Shown here: positions 11,401 through 23,398 of the stretch, piece by piece
How the letters are laid out: each line of letters starts with the position of its first letter
How positions within the stretch are numbered: position 1 is the stretch's first letter
Assembly: GCA_907165135.1 (NCBI GenBank)
Contig: OU015567.1
Location: forward strand, 6,820,001 to 6,884,000
Source: Oikopleura dioica
Lineage: Eukaryota > Animalia > Chordata
DNA length: 64,000 nt
Direction: 5' to 3'
Position numbers and translations under genes: made by a program
The notes under the pieces: model-generated
What the model saw: the letters and a program-made list of their open reading frames with translations, nothing else
The model's database searches: none
Told to the model about the DNA's origin: nothing

Positions 11401-14400
11401 GTTGATTGATCCGGGCAGGGTCTTCCTTCCCAAGAAATGGGAGTTACAGTTCCAGCGCAGCAGCACTCATCCTGTGAGACATCGTCGAAGTCTCCTTGCA
11501 CCGTTTTGCATGTTCCGTAGTCAATAGAGAACTTATCACTAATAAAAATTAACAATTTTTCAACGGGAAATGCATACTTAGAGCTAACGATGTAATCAGA
11601 AAGCGACGACGAGTCATCACTGAAAGAGCACAGTTCTTCATACTCGTTTGTTCCTTCTTGGGGACAAGCCGAGCACATGATTTCTCCAGTTTCTTGCATA
11701 AAATGAGTTCCATGTCCACAGCAGCATCTCGAAAACGTGAATGCGCCCAAGCTCTGGTGGTCCTGACATTCTCCTCGGTAGCACTTGAATTTGAAAGTTT
11801 TCCTTTGAAATCAAGGAAGAAAGTTATCATACCTGGCCCCATTCGGAATATGGAGTGATCTCGAAGTTCTCGACGCAGCGTTTGACTTCGTAAAAGTAGC
11901 CTGATGGGCAAACACATCTAAAAGACAAATGAAAAAATTGAATCCAATATTTTCGCCTACTCATAGCCATAATCAGATTCTGGGTCATTTTTGCACTGAG
12001 CTTCGCCACAAACTCGATGCTTTCCAAGTGCTTCTTCCAAAATCTTGCACTTATCTTCCTCGAAGATTCTTGTACATGTCGGGCCATTTTCAGTGTTCAT
12101 CGTTTCATAGCCGTCGTAGCAATTGCAAGTATACAGTGGTTCTGTATTCGTGCACATTCCAAAGTCACATGGGTTACTTCCTTCACACTCGTCGATGTCG
12201 TCTTTGCAGTCGTCTCCTTGGTATCCCATTGGACAATCGAATTCGTAGATAAAGTCTTCAGCAGGTCCGAGAGAGCTTATCGAAGACGAAGAGTTCCAAG
12301 CTCTCAAATTATTTTCACTCGAGTCGACTGCGATTCCGGAGTCAACGCCACTGTAGCTGGAAACGAGAGAGCCACTTGAACTGGAGCTTGAGCCAGAATA
12401 ATTTGGACCATAACTTGAGACAGAGTTTGAAGATGAGTAATTAGGATTTTCATATGGGTTTTGGATATCTTCGATTTGGTCAGCTTTTACAGAAGTTGTC
12501 GTGGTTGAGGTTGTAGTTGTAGTTTGGGGCTGAGGAGTTGTTGTAGTGGTAGTCGTGGTCGTCGTTGTTGTCGTTGTCGTTGTTGTTGTGGTCGTAGTTG
12601 TAGTGATTCTGGTCGTTCTCCTCGTCGCTGGTCTCCTCGTAGGTCGTTCGGTTGGCTCTGCAACTTGATTATAAACAGGGACGCACGATCCGCTACTACA
12701 GTCAATGTGGACAGCTTCGCCAGGATTAACAGAAATCGACTGCGAGCTTGATCGATCTGGAATGAAATCTCCACGGTTAGTTGCATCGAACTGTTCGTAT
12801 TCGATGACACAGTCATCTCCCTGGCAATCAAACTCGATATCCTCTGGGACAGCATGAACATCTCCGCAGCCAGCTTCGAAACAGTCTTCCGATGGCGCGT
12901 GAGGATTTGGCTGAGGAATAGAGGGGTAACGGTCGGTTTTAGCAGGAGCAGGTCGGCATTCTCCGATTTCATCTCGCTCGAATCCTGGTCTCGCGCATGG
13001 ACTGTTGTCGACTACAGCTTCGATTTCGATTCCGACTGCGCTTTCGGGAGATCCGCAGTCACCACCATTGCAGGATATTTCTGGCTTTGAACCGTCAGGT
13101 TCGCCTTGGCTTCCAATTCGAGCTGGATAGGACTCAGGTGAATTGTCAAATGGTCGATTCGGTTGTCTAGCTTCATTTGTCTTTTCAGGAGCGATGACAG
13201 CTTCTGGCTCTCCACAGTCGGCCGTGATGCAATCGACTGATGGAGCAGCGCGATCTGGTTGACCTTGATGGGATGGTCTTGGTCGTGGTCGTTTCGGAGC
13301 ATTATTGTTGCAGTCTTGGCCATCGGCGCAAGGAACGAAATCAACAACTGCTTCTATAGAAATTCCAGCTTCTTCTTCTGGTGAACCACAATCAAGGCCG
13401 TTGCAACCGGAAATCGGCACGTCCTTATTTGCTTCGGGCTCATAGGTTCCACTTGATCCGCCATTTCCGCCGCTGTTATATTGGTTCTTTGGTCGAGTTT
13501 CCATCAGATGGGTTATTCAACTTTATTTTTAATTGATTTTCAAGAATAATTCTTGCTACGATTTTGTGCAAAAATAACCCAAGTCATAAGTTCCCTGAAT
13601 TTCATCTTCTGGAACTCCACAGTCATCACAAGGTTGTTCTGGTCTTTCTGTTAGCTCTTCTCGCTCAACAGGAGCAGCTTTCGTTGTTGGTCGTCTTGTT
13701 GGTCGAGTTCTTCGTCTCCTTGTTGTTGTAGTTGTAGTTGTTGTTGAAGTTGTTGTTGTAGTTGTAGTGGTAGTCGTGGTTGTTGTTGGTGGTCTTGTCG
13801 TTCTTGGTTTTTGGCAACCACCGCATCTTCGAGAGCAGGTGGATACTTTACTGCACGGTCTCTGAGGCCTGTTTCTGGTAATCGTCACTGGAGGTAGAGT
13901 CGTGACCTTGCTTGGCGCAGGGCGTTGGGTTCGACTACAAGGCGAATTTGCTCGAGCACCACATCGAGAGAGCTGTTGTTTTGCCGCGCGTTGACATGGG
14001 CTTTCGCTTTGGATAAAAAATGATAAAATGATTTTGAGGTTATTCGAGATTAAATTTATCCGTAGCTTGCTGGAGCGGGCTGGGTGAGCTCGTCTCGCTC
14101 AACTTGAGCGTCTTTTGCATAAGGGCATGAAGGTCGCTTTCGTCCGGAAGCTTCTGGATTGAAAACTCGACATGCGGGTTGCCCCTGGCCTCCACACGTT
14201 TTGCGTTCCATGCATGCTGGCTTCCCTGGCTGGTTACAGGGCCCCCTGTTGATAACAGTTTGAACTCGGAAGTTGTGATTTGGGCCTTTGGATTCCCAGT
14301 TCAGAGGTTTCGAGTTGCTGTTTGCGGTGACCGAAAAAGACATTTTATTCTCGGTGTATGGCTTGGAACTGGTCGGCTTCTGGACGGAAGTGACAACACG

Positions 14401-17400
14401 CACGTGACTGCCAGTATTAGTTTTTGGATTGTAGTCGGGAGTCTGGTACTCGTCGGTGGAGCTGATTGAGTTGCTTGATGTGCTGTCGGGGCTGACAGTA
14501 TCGATAACTGGTTGAACGTAGCTAGAGCTTTCAGACCCAGAGCTAGAGGAAACCTCTGTCGTGCACTGACCGTCTTTACACGTGGTCTTGGTATTCCTTC
14601 CATTTCCATCATTGAAGGCGAAATATGTAGCACTGTGAACATAATGTCCCCGTTTTGCTGGACATTCACTCTCATCACAAGGCTCCTGTTTTGGTCCATA
14701 AGCGTCACCTAGCGCAGAGCAGCAGCACATTTTCTTGGTCCATTTTCGACCGGGCGACACTTTTTGCAATTTTCCATTGCTTTCCTGAATGGAAATTTTT
14801 GAAAGGACTTTTTAGGGAAAATAGATGAATTTGAACTTTTGGAAAAGAAGATAATCTAAATGAAATAAATTAATAGTTTGTGGTGTATGAGCATTTGACG
14901 GTGGTGTTGAGCGGTATTTTTTAGCCACATCCGGAGCGACAGCCGCCAGAATTGCGATGAGTTGCTTGCCCGAGCCAGGCGTTTGCGTTGTTTAGGAGGT
15001 TTTTTCCAGTGTTGTAGACTTGGTTGTAGAAGTCTTGGGTTGACCCTTGCGGATTGCGCCGGACTAACGGAGCCGGTTGAAAAGCGGGTCGATAGTTGTT
15101 ACTTCCAACACGTTCTCTAGATCTGTAGCTAGAGCCAGGCCGTCTGAATGAACTAGAATATCTTCGATGCTCATTTCTTTGGACTTTACCTGTTCTCAGA
15201 ATACGTTGATCCCGAGGAACCCCAAGACTCCCAGTTCGTCCATGATCTTTCACCATAAAATGGCGCCTCGTCAGGTTCTGCTGTTTTTTGTTGACCTGGT
15301 CTCAAGTATTCCATCGACGGATTTAGCTTTTGGTACTGCTGATTTCGCTGATTTCGATTACTATCGCTGCTTCCGTAGTCAGACGCGCCATACAAGTTGT
15401 TGTCGTAGTCTTAGACAGGGATCAACTCTTGGACAAGCAAAGAAGTTAATTTCTACAAATAGGATTGTTTAAATAGAAAGAGACTGATTCATGAGTTGGC
15501 GATCCCAAGACTATAACGTCGACAAAAGTCGAGTACTGATCATCCTCCTCGCCAAAGTCATAGGTCAAATCTGGTCGAACAGCATCAGCCACGTAAGAAG
15601 GCGAGTTTTCATCATATCTCTGGTCACCAACAACACCACCGCCAGCTCCTGGGCACACAATTTGACCACCTACCCTGTAGCAATCGCTTGTCGACGGCTT
15701 CGGAGAAGAAGACGAAGAGGACGACGACGAGGAGGGTCCTCGGAGGATTCTGCAGCTGTTGCCAACTTGAGTGTATCTCTGGGGACATTTCGCTCTTCGT
15801 TCCTTTTTTATGAAGTCACATTGTAAAACTTCTACTTTCCTTTTAGCGATCATATTTCTCCGTGAACAAGATACGTGAGAATTTTACGGCGCGCTACTTT
15901 TCTAAGCGAAAATTGCACAACGATAACGATTTTTTAATTTCAACCTAGAGATGGACTCCTTTCCTGTTGTGGCGAGTTGCTTGGCGGTCGCTGGTTACAG
16001 TGCGTGCAATCCGAGCCCCAAGCCTTGCCGACCTGAAAGACCGCTTCAGTAAAAAGCCGACAAAAGCGAGCAAAGAAAGTGCTACATATGTGGCCTCTTT
16101 TAGCATATGCTAGAAGTTCGCCAGTGCTCATATAACGAGTCTCTTTAGTAGCATCATTAGCGGCTGATTGTAATGAGCCTGCTCGGGGGTGATAATGAGA
16201 AGCGGAAGTTGAAAGCATTCTGAACGGATGGACGCCGTCGTGTCCATCTTTTGCCTGGCGCTGCAGAATTACGGCGCTGACCCCGAGCGCGCACAGGTTA
16301 AGCGCGATTACTCCACTTGGTTTATCAGGAATGATAACAAAACAAAGACAGCTTCGATCAAGAAGCATTTCGGTACACGTACCCCCCTCGGCCACGTACC
16401 CTATGTCCGCGTTTAATAACTTATTTATATATCTGACCGTAGCGCAGCACTGCTCGTAAGTCACGAGATTTTTGCCCGCGACGGGTCGCCCGCACTGTTC
16501 GTCAGTCGTCAGCAGCGTCTCGTAGCAAAGGCCGACCTCCTCGCGAATCACCCTTGCTTTGGGCCGAACGTACTGAACGGCCCAGTTAATCACAACCGAT
16601 CATTTATTAAATCCTTAATCTCGAGCAAGCAGCTTTCATGCAATTACTGTAACATTCTTTGAGTCTCTTACGTTCGTGCTTGGCCTCGATGGATAAGAAG
16701 GTCTCGACGGGCGGGATGGCGCTTGATTTCGAGCAGGATTCGAACTGACAGAAGCGTAAGCTTGGAATGTCGCTTGATTTGGAGCCGTGTTGCTTGATCC
16801 TCCGCGGGAAGAGCTTGACCAACTGACGGCGGTGTTGGGTGACCCAGAGTAAGAAAACCGCATCGAAGGAGAGGAGAACGATGAGCCTAAATAATGAAGT
16901 ACGATTTCCGACTATAGGTCTTATACCAGTATGAGTCGGCATCAATTTCATGGTACAACCACCACTCCTGCCAGATGCCCATCCTCGGCAGCAGTTCCCT
17001 CCGCAGTTGTTGACTTGAGAACGGCTAAAAGAGTGTTACAAAATTGCAATTTTAAAAGGTCTTTGGTTTTTTTCTTAGTTTTGCTTAGGTAAACAAGCTT
17101 TTATGAGTCTCGGATCTTCCTTAGTAAAAGTTCCTTGGAAGTCTCACTTTGATGATGCAACATAACAAGAATGTGGTCTCATCAAGGCTGACCAGTAGCG
17201 GGTAAATAGCTCGTTGGGTGGCGTTCGCGCTTTAGAAGGCGCAATCATTTGTGGACTAGAACTCCCTAGATAATTAGCAGGATGCCATTGCCGTCACAAA
17301 TGAGCCTAAGACGAGCTATTTTCGAAAACAATTTTCCCTTCCTCTCAACCCTCCGTTTCTTAGCCCATTTATGGCGATTGGCGCAGAAAAAAAAAGAAGA

Positions 17401-18092
17401 AGTTCGAGGATGAAAGATGAGCCGAGCAATTCGTCAGAGCGTCCACTTCAGTTGGACAAGGAAGACGAGGAGGTGCTATAATGTGTTACCTGTGATGACT
17501 TGGCTGATTATTGCCGCCCCAGCTACTTGTTTGAAAGGACCTGATGGAGGTTTTAACGGCTCGAGTGTCACTAGAATTGTTTTCGGCTGAACTTTGCTCT
17601 AGCGGCCGAGCAATTTGCCACCGAACTTGATCAACTTTAGAACTGCGCAATTTGAATTTAAAATATGGACGAAGTTTAATACCATCTTACAACTTTGTTT
17701 TTGCTCGAAAGGATGATTTTTAATCAACGTAATCAAATAACGGTTCACAAGCGCGCTGGACACTTGACCAAAGAATTTCTTGAAGAAATTTAGACAACAC
17801 TAGAATGTTCAATTCCAGCGAGAGTTTCATATAAATAAACATCAACAAGTTGCGTTCGACGAAACTAAAGTTCGTTGAAACGATCAAAGTTACCCTAGAA
17901 ACGCGGCAACCTGTGTAAAAACCTGAGTCAGGTTTTTACACAGGTTGCCGAGTCCAGGTTCAAAATGGGCCATTTTCTCGGTTTTTTTTCAAAGAAAAAT
18001 TACCAGAAAAACATGTTGAAAAACCTCTTCCTGGAGTAGTAAACAGCATTGACAACTCCAAGGGATAAACTCAGCGCCCTGAGGAGCTTCAT
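8458..18092 (-). CDS. Large secreted LTBP/fibrillin-like matrix protein (TB/8-Cys, EGF and cbEGF domains, mucin-like Thr/Ser tracts)
   Basis: Signal peptide MKLLRALSLSLGVVNA (ATG 18092). N-terminal NCGGNCCRGW motif like fibrillin/LTBP. About five TB domains (QCCATVGKAWG, MCCCSALGDAYG, RCCCGHG, ECCCAG, QCCCEGKGGYWG) and cbEGFs (DIDECEGSNPC, EIDECLIFG, DFNECFSRC). Last EGF exon FCGLPGGCQNGSC…CTVRL* stops at 8458. Confidence 0.85.
9524..10742 (+). CDS. Tetraspanin, nested antisense in an intron of the LTBP-like gene
   Basis: Four hydrophobic segments, large loop with CCG (TLGCCGS), PDSCC and GC, short C-tail. ATG at 9524 and short GT-AG introns. Confidence 0.88.
12515..12610 (-). repeat. (ACN)n Thr tract encoding a mucin-like segment
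   Basis: Degenerate ACA/ACG/ACT/ACC run translating as poly-Thr inside the LTBP-like ORF; a second tract lies at ~13715-13795. Confidence 0.85.
17904..17957. mobile_element. Collapsed copy of MITE family A (fused TIRs only)
   Basis: cggcaacctgtgtaaaaacctgagtcaggtttttacacaggttgccg: left and right TIRs share a single cctgagtcagg centre. Confidence 0.75.
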
Positions 18093-18660
18093 CTTCTCCC
18101 AAGTTTGAAAGTTGAAAAGAAAAGTGGTTCTTCTTGACCCTCTCTCTTGCTGAAAAAGAACTGCACCCGCTGCTGGATCTAGATCAAATTCAGGCGGCCG
18201 CTGCGAGGACACTTTAGTAAACAGACTTCTGCAAACAACAAACAGGCATCAACAATGATCAAAACTAGTTAGTTCAGGCACGTGCCCAAGAAGATTTTGA
18301 TCATGTAACCGTGCCAAAGGTCAAATTCACGGATTACATGGGAACATGCCGTTTATTCTCTTCTAAGTCTTTTACTTACAGTTCACAAGTTCTCTGGAAA
18401 AAAAGGAAGAAATTGAACTTTTGTCAAAATGTGCTGAATTCGTCCTCTAGCGCGGGGTAATTGGAAGATCCAACAAAAAGTAAAACTTGGCTCAGACCGG
18501 CTAGTTATCCTTTCTTCAAAAAATTCACAATCATCAGGAACCTTCTTCAAAACGCCCATCAATCTTTTCCTATTGCCCGCCGATCCAGACTCGATTATAT
18601 AAAATCAATCAAATCTACATATAAAAAGGTTCAAGAATTAGATCTCCATAGGGGGCAATT

Positions 18661-18866
18661 CTGGGCTCGACAACCTGCGTAGAAAACGTGAATCAGGGTT
18701 TGAAAAAGCTAAAATGAAAAGCCGCTGCGCGGCTTTTAAAAAAACGAAGCCGCAGAGCGGCTTTGCTAATATTACAATTTCAGTATATCAAAAATTCTAG
18801 CGAAGCCGCTTTGCGGCTTCTTTTTTAAAAAAGCCGCTGTGCGGCTTTTTATTTCAGATCTTTCAG
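18661..18866. mobile_element. MITE family A copy (right end eroded)
   Basis: Starts ctgggctcgacaacctg; contains four aaaagccgcNNNgcggc hairpins. Confidence 0.8.
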
Positions 18867-19357
18867 AGAAAAAAGAGCTGTAAATTGGACTGATTGGGCG
18901 TGACTGTTTTAGAAGTACAGTTTTGTGAAATTTTTTTTGTTATAATTCAAATATTTGTTATGTGGGAAAAATTTGAAAAAAGGGTTTTTAGAGCGCTAAG
19001 TTTCTCATAATTACCTTTCAGTACGTGTCGATTATTCGGGCTAAGTATGCGACCTCGGAGAGAGGGTTGGCCAGCATTGATAATCATGTGATGTCACGTG
19101 GAAACTCTCTCTTTCCGGAAGTAAGTCCTTCTATCAGAAAAACTAGAATAATTATTTAAAGAATTTTCCTTCTAATGTTTGATTATACTTTTTAATTAAG
19201 AAAGGTTCAATAAAAAGGTGCATCATATTGATGAAGCTCTCCGATTTTATCAGAAATTTTTTTGATCACGTGACTATCGCTTCTAGAATGTTTATGAGGA
19301 TTTGTTTTTAGGTTGACCGGACTTAGCTATGGAATCAGATTCTTCTAAGTTTCTACA

Positions 19358-19718
19358 ATGGTAAGTTCTAAAAAAACCCAAAAATAATATTTTTACATGG
19401 AAGAGTATTGATAGCTCTTACTAATACAAATTATAATTATAATTTAATTGAATTATCTAATTTATTAAGCTCACTCGAGGACGCAACAAAACACCCGAAA
19501 ATCACAAATACCAGATTGGGGACCTGGTATGGGACGCTTGGGGGTCCGCTGCCGCCGAAATCCTGGTAAGAAGCAATGGTGAATTACTCGTTTTATTTTT
19601 CGTTTTTTAGGAAATCGGCGAAGAAAAAATGCTCCTCCAGTACTCCAGCTCTTTCAAGGCCAATATCGCATCGCGAAAATTGAAGTATATCTCCCCATAT
19701 GATGGTCCTTTCAATTAA
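19358..19718 (+). CDS. 68-aa PWWP/Tudor-like microprotein (3 coding exons; absent from the ORF track)
   Basis: ATG|gtaag (19358-60), exon 19470-19565 and exon 19611-19718, all phase 0 GT-AG. Product: MLTRGRNKTPENHKYQIGDLVWDAWGSAAAEILEIGEEKMLLQYSSSFKANIASRKLKYISPYDGPFN. Confidence 0.65.
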
Positions 19719-21230
19719 TAATTTCTACTGTAACTTCTCTTCATTCCTTATTTATTCATTCTGTATTCAAATTTCCAACATGTTTTTCATCCAATTTTGC
19801 CCTGGTTCCTTCTTTCATTTTCGTTTTTTTTTCACTAGAAATCTGTAGAAAAATAGATGTTTTCCCACGTTTTTGTTCAGCAAAAGGGATGATTTTCCGT
19901 GTTCGGGAATTCTCTGAACATGTCAAAAGCGAAGGGAAAAGTAAAATTGATGGAATCTTTACGTACGGCTAGCGGATTCTTGAGAACTCTCTCGGCTTAG
20001 CCTTTTTTAACTGAAAACGAAATTGTATTTCTGAATTTAGAAAAAGCTTGAGAAGAAGAACACTCTCCCGCTGGTTCATTAATCCGACGTCACAGTCGTT
20101 TGATTCCACTTACTGAGATCCGCGAACTTTGAGATCCAAAAATCTCGTTGAGCTGAACTTTCACGTTATCCGCGAAAATCGAATCGAAAATCAAACGTTT
20201 CCCAAATCATTATCTTTTTTTAACAACACACTTTTCTTGAACACTTTTCTCTCGAACTGATAAAAAGATGAACTTGCGGGCAAAAATATTTGCAGTAGAA
20301 AAGGTCGAATATTTACGTCAGCATTTGACCTGAAAGTTTCTACACGTGACCCGGCTAATTGCTACCGTAGAAAACTCTATGCTCCGGAAAGTTATGAAAA
20401 TTAAGGATACGGTGCAAAACATTAGGGTTCCGATTCTAGCTCTAATTCGACCCTTATCACTTATTATCAGTTTCAAGCTTCGTCTCTACTGGGTTATTCC
20501 TGCTGATAACTTCTCAGGGGTCAACTTGATAAGAAAGTGCTTTCGTAAGACCCTTCTTGTGACCTGAAAATTAGGAGAAATCATGATGAAGTCACTTTAT
20601 CTCGATCATATGAGCCGAGGAAAAACGCAAAATCATGGTGCCCGCCTTGAATTTGATACATTCAAAGCGTCAAATTCGAAGCTGCTTGTCGAATGTCACG
20701 TGTAGTTACAATGTAGCATTGGTAGAGTTAACTTTTGTGCACTTCTTGATGCACTTACGTAGCTCCACTTGTGGGGAGGGGTCATTTTCAACTTGATGTG
20801 GTTGGCGCGGAATTGTTTCTAAAAGTCTTGATTTCGATCGATCTTCAATCAAATCTTCAAGAAATGTCTTGGTCTTCGGAAGACAGGAAAAGGATGAAAG
20901 AAACCCTTCGAATACTGGAAGAATTGTTTAATACAGGAGTAAGAAATGAAATCCCGCTGCCGCAGAAAAAAGCAGTGGTCCATTCAAATGATGTAATCGT
21001 AGAAGAGCCAGCAGCAGGTCAGCAATCATCATCAGCCTTGAAGCAGCTCCGATGGCTGCGATGGCGCCAAAGCGCGCTCGCCATCGATGATGAGCGCGTT
21101 TCGCGATCACGAGCGCTCCCATTCCCAAAGTGCTTTTGCTTTTATAGAGCAGCGCGTGAACTCAAACCGGAGTCCATCGTTTTTTTACAAGAAGCTTTTT
21201 ACCTTTGCGCAGAGAGAGATTTAAATCGCC

Positions 21231-23008
21231 ATGAAGTTATTTCTCCAGCTAGCCGGCGCGTGCGGCTTAATGTCCGCTCAAATGACAAACAGTCAGCCAA
21301 AGAGTGAGCCGTTTTCGTACTTGTCCCAAATGGTCTCCAATCATCAGCTGGAATTCGGAGGAGAATGGCAGGTAAATGCTAAATTTCCTGAAATCAAGGA
21401 AGAGAATCCTAACTTTTTGACCTTTTCCAGCTGAAATATGTGATTCCTCAAGTAATCAACAGCCGCAAACTCGCCCTACAAAGAATCAAAAAAGCGGAGC
21501 GAGAAAGAATCCGAAAGTTGAGAAAGCAACCACGTGTTCGCCGAGAAACGACGAGTAATCGAGTCATTGGCGGCTTCGACGTTGTTGATAATTCCTGGCA
21601 GTTTATGGTCGATATCGGCGGCTTATGCGGAGGGAGCTTGATTTCGAACAGATTTGTGCTCACTGCTGCGCATTGCTGCCAAAAAGCATCGTTTGATTAT
21701 ATGATCTTGCGAATCGGCATCAGGTAAGGGTTAGGGTTAAGGCCAATCCATGATAATTTTCCTAGGAGTTTGAGCGATACCGCAAACTCGGTCAATCGCC
21801 GCGCCGAGAAGAAGGTAATTCATCCCGACTTCCAGCCAGAAAAGCTCACTAACGACATTTGCCTGGTCCTTCTAAACGAGCCGGTCGATTTTGATGAACG
21901 AATCCAGGCAATCGCCCTTCCGGGCCACGAAGAGGGAATTTTCGACGGCGAAACGCACGGATTCGTAGCCGGCTGGGGTTTGACAGGTATGATAGGCTCC
22001 GCGAGCTATGGAGAGCTTCTTCCGACGCAGTTGAAAAATGCGATGGTGCCGCTGGTAAGTGATTCTAGCTGTAAGAGCAGCTACTCGGGCATTGTCGATA
22101 CAGAAACTTCCTTCTGTGCGGGAGACAATCAAACAGACACTTGTACGTTTGACTCTGGCGGACCTCTGGTTGTCCTCAAGCAGCGAAATAGCAAGTACAG
22201 GGACCATGTCGCCATTCTGGCCGGAATTACTTCTTGGGGAGAAGGATGCGCTGTCGATAAAAAACCGGGAGTGTACACCAGAGTCCAGCACTATCTAGAG
22301 TAAGATATATACTGTTGATTAGTTGATGTATATTTGTTCTTTAGTTGGATCGAAGAAACAAGGCAATCACTCGATGCTAATGCAGTTTCTTGCGGAAATA
22401 TCGCCCAGTTTGTTGACGTAAGAAAAAGTTTTCCATTGCAAAGTTTTCTAAATGACTGTTATTAAAGCCAAACTCGCCCGTGCCGATTGAGTGGAAATGC
22501 TCATCGATGGATGAGCAGTGCTGGCTGCACTGCCCAGCTGGTTATGTTCCCTCCCTCATTTCAGTCAGGTGCCGAGGTCAGCGCACTTGGATATCGGCGA
22601 TCGGCCAAAACATTCCGAAGCAGGTACTTTTTCTCTAAGAGCAGTCCAATATTGAAGAGAACGCGACTTCTAATTTGAACAAAATTTCTAGTCTCTGACC
22701 TGCGAGCCCCAAAGCAACGTACAGTCGACCGAATGCGGCACTCTGGATGGATATGCCGAGACTGGACGAGATCATCTTTTTGATCAGACGAAGATTGATG
22801 CTCGCTGCAACAGTCATGGAGAATGCCTGTTTTATTGCAAAGGAACGGAAGTCAGAGCCACGGGCATGTTTTACACGCGGTGCAAAACGAAGTCGAAAAG
22901 CTGGAAGGAACGGGTTAATGATCAATTTTCCCACCAAAATTAAGGAGAGCTAAAATTTGAACCCTTGAAAAGCCTCGACCACGAATCGTCCAAGAACCAA
23001 CCTGCTAA
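21231..23008 (+). CDS. Secreted trypsin-family (S1) serine protease with Cys-rich C-terminal modules
   Basis: Signal peptide, basic propeptide with RVRR, R|VIGG activation site, LTAAHC, NDICL, DTCTFDSGGP, GITSWGEGC, PGVYTRV. Two Cys-rich (sushi-like) exons follow, ending PRPRIVQEPTC*. Confidence 0.88.
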
Positions 23009-23398
23009 AAGCTCGACCCTTCTTTTTTACATAACTCCATTCCAGATAATTTTTACAGAACGCATCTTAAATTTCAAAACACAGCTGTACATATTTATAT
23101 ATTTCAATTTTACTGATGAGATAAAGCAGTAAAATGCGAGTGCCACATTTGGTCATCAAAAACAACAAGAATCGAAGAAGAAAATACTTTGAGCCATCTT
23201 TTCTGTACATATTATACAATAAAAAGCTTATTCTATTTATTGAAATAATGCAAGAGGTTCAATCTCAGTCCTCTTGATTCAGACACATTTGAGGGATTTT
23301 TTTGTTTTATTTTTCAATTTGATAAATGATATTTACTCGACGATAGAGATCGGAGCTCTGTGCAAATTTCGATAGTGAACTAAAAGACAGCGAAGGGC

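Noticed and set aside
20771-21307. 178-aa plus-strand ORF upstream of the first protease
   Set aside because: No ATG at the listed start, no recognisable domain, and it overlaps the protease start in another frame. A small gene from ~20874 cannot be excluded but is unsupported.
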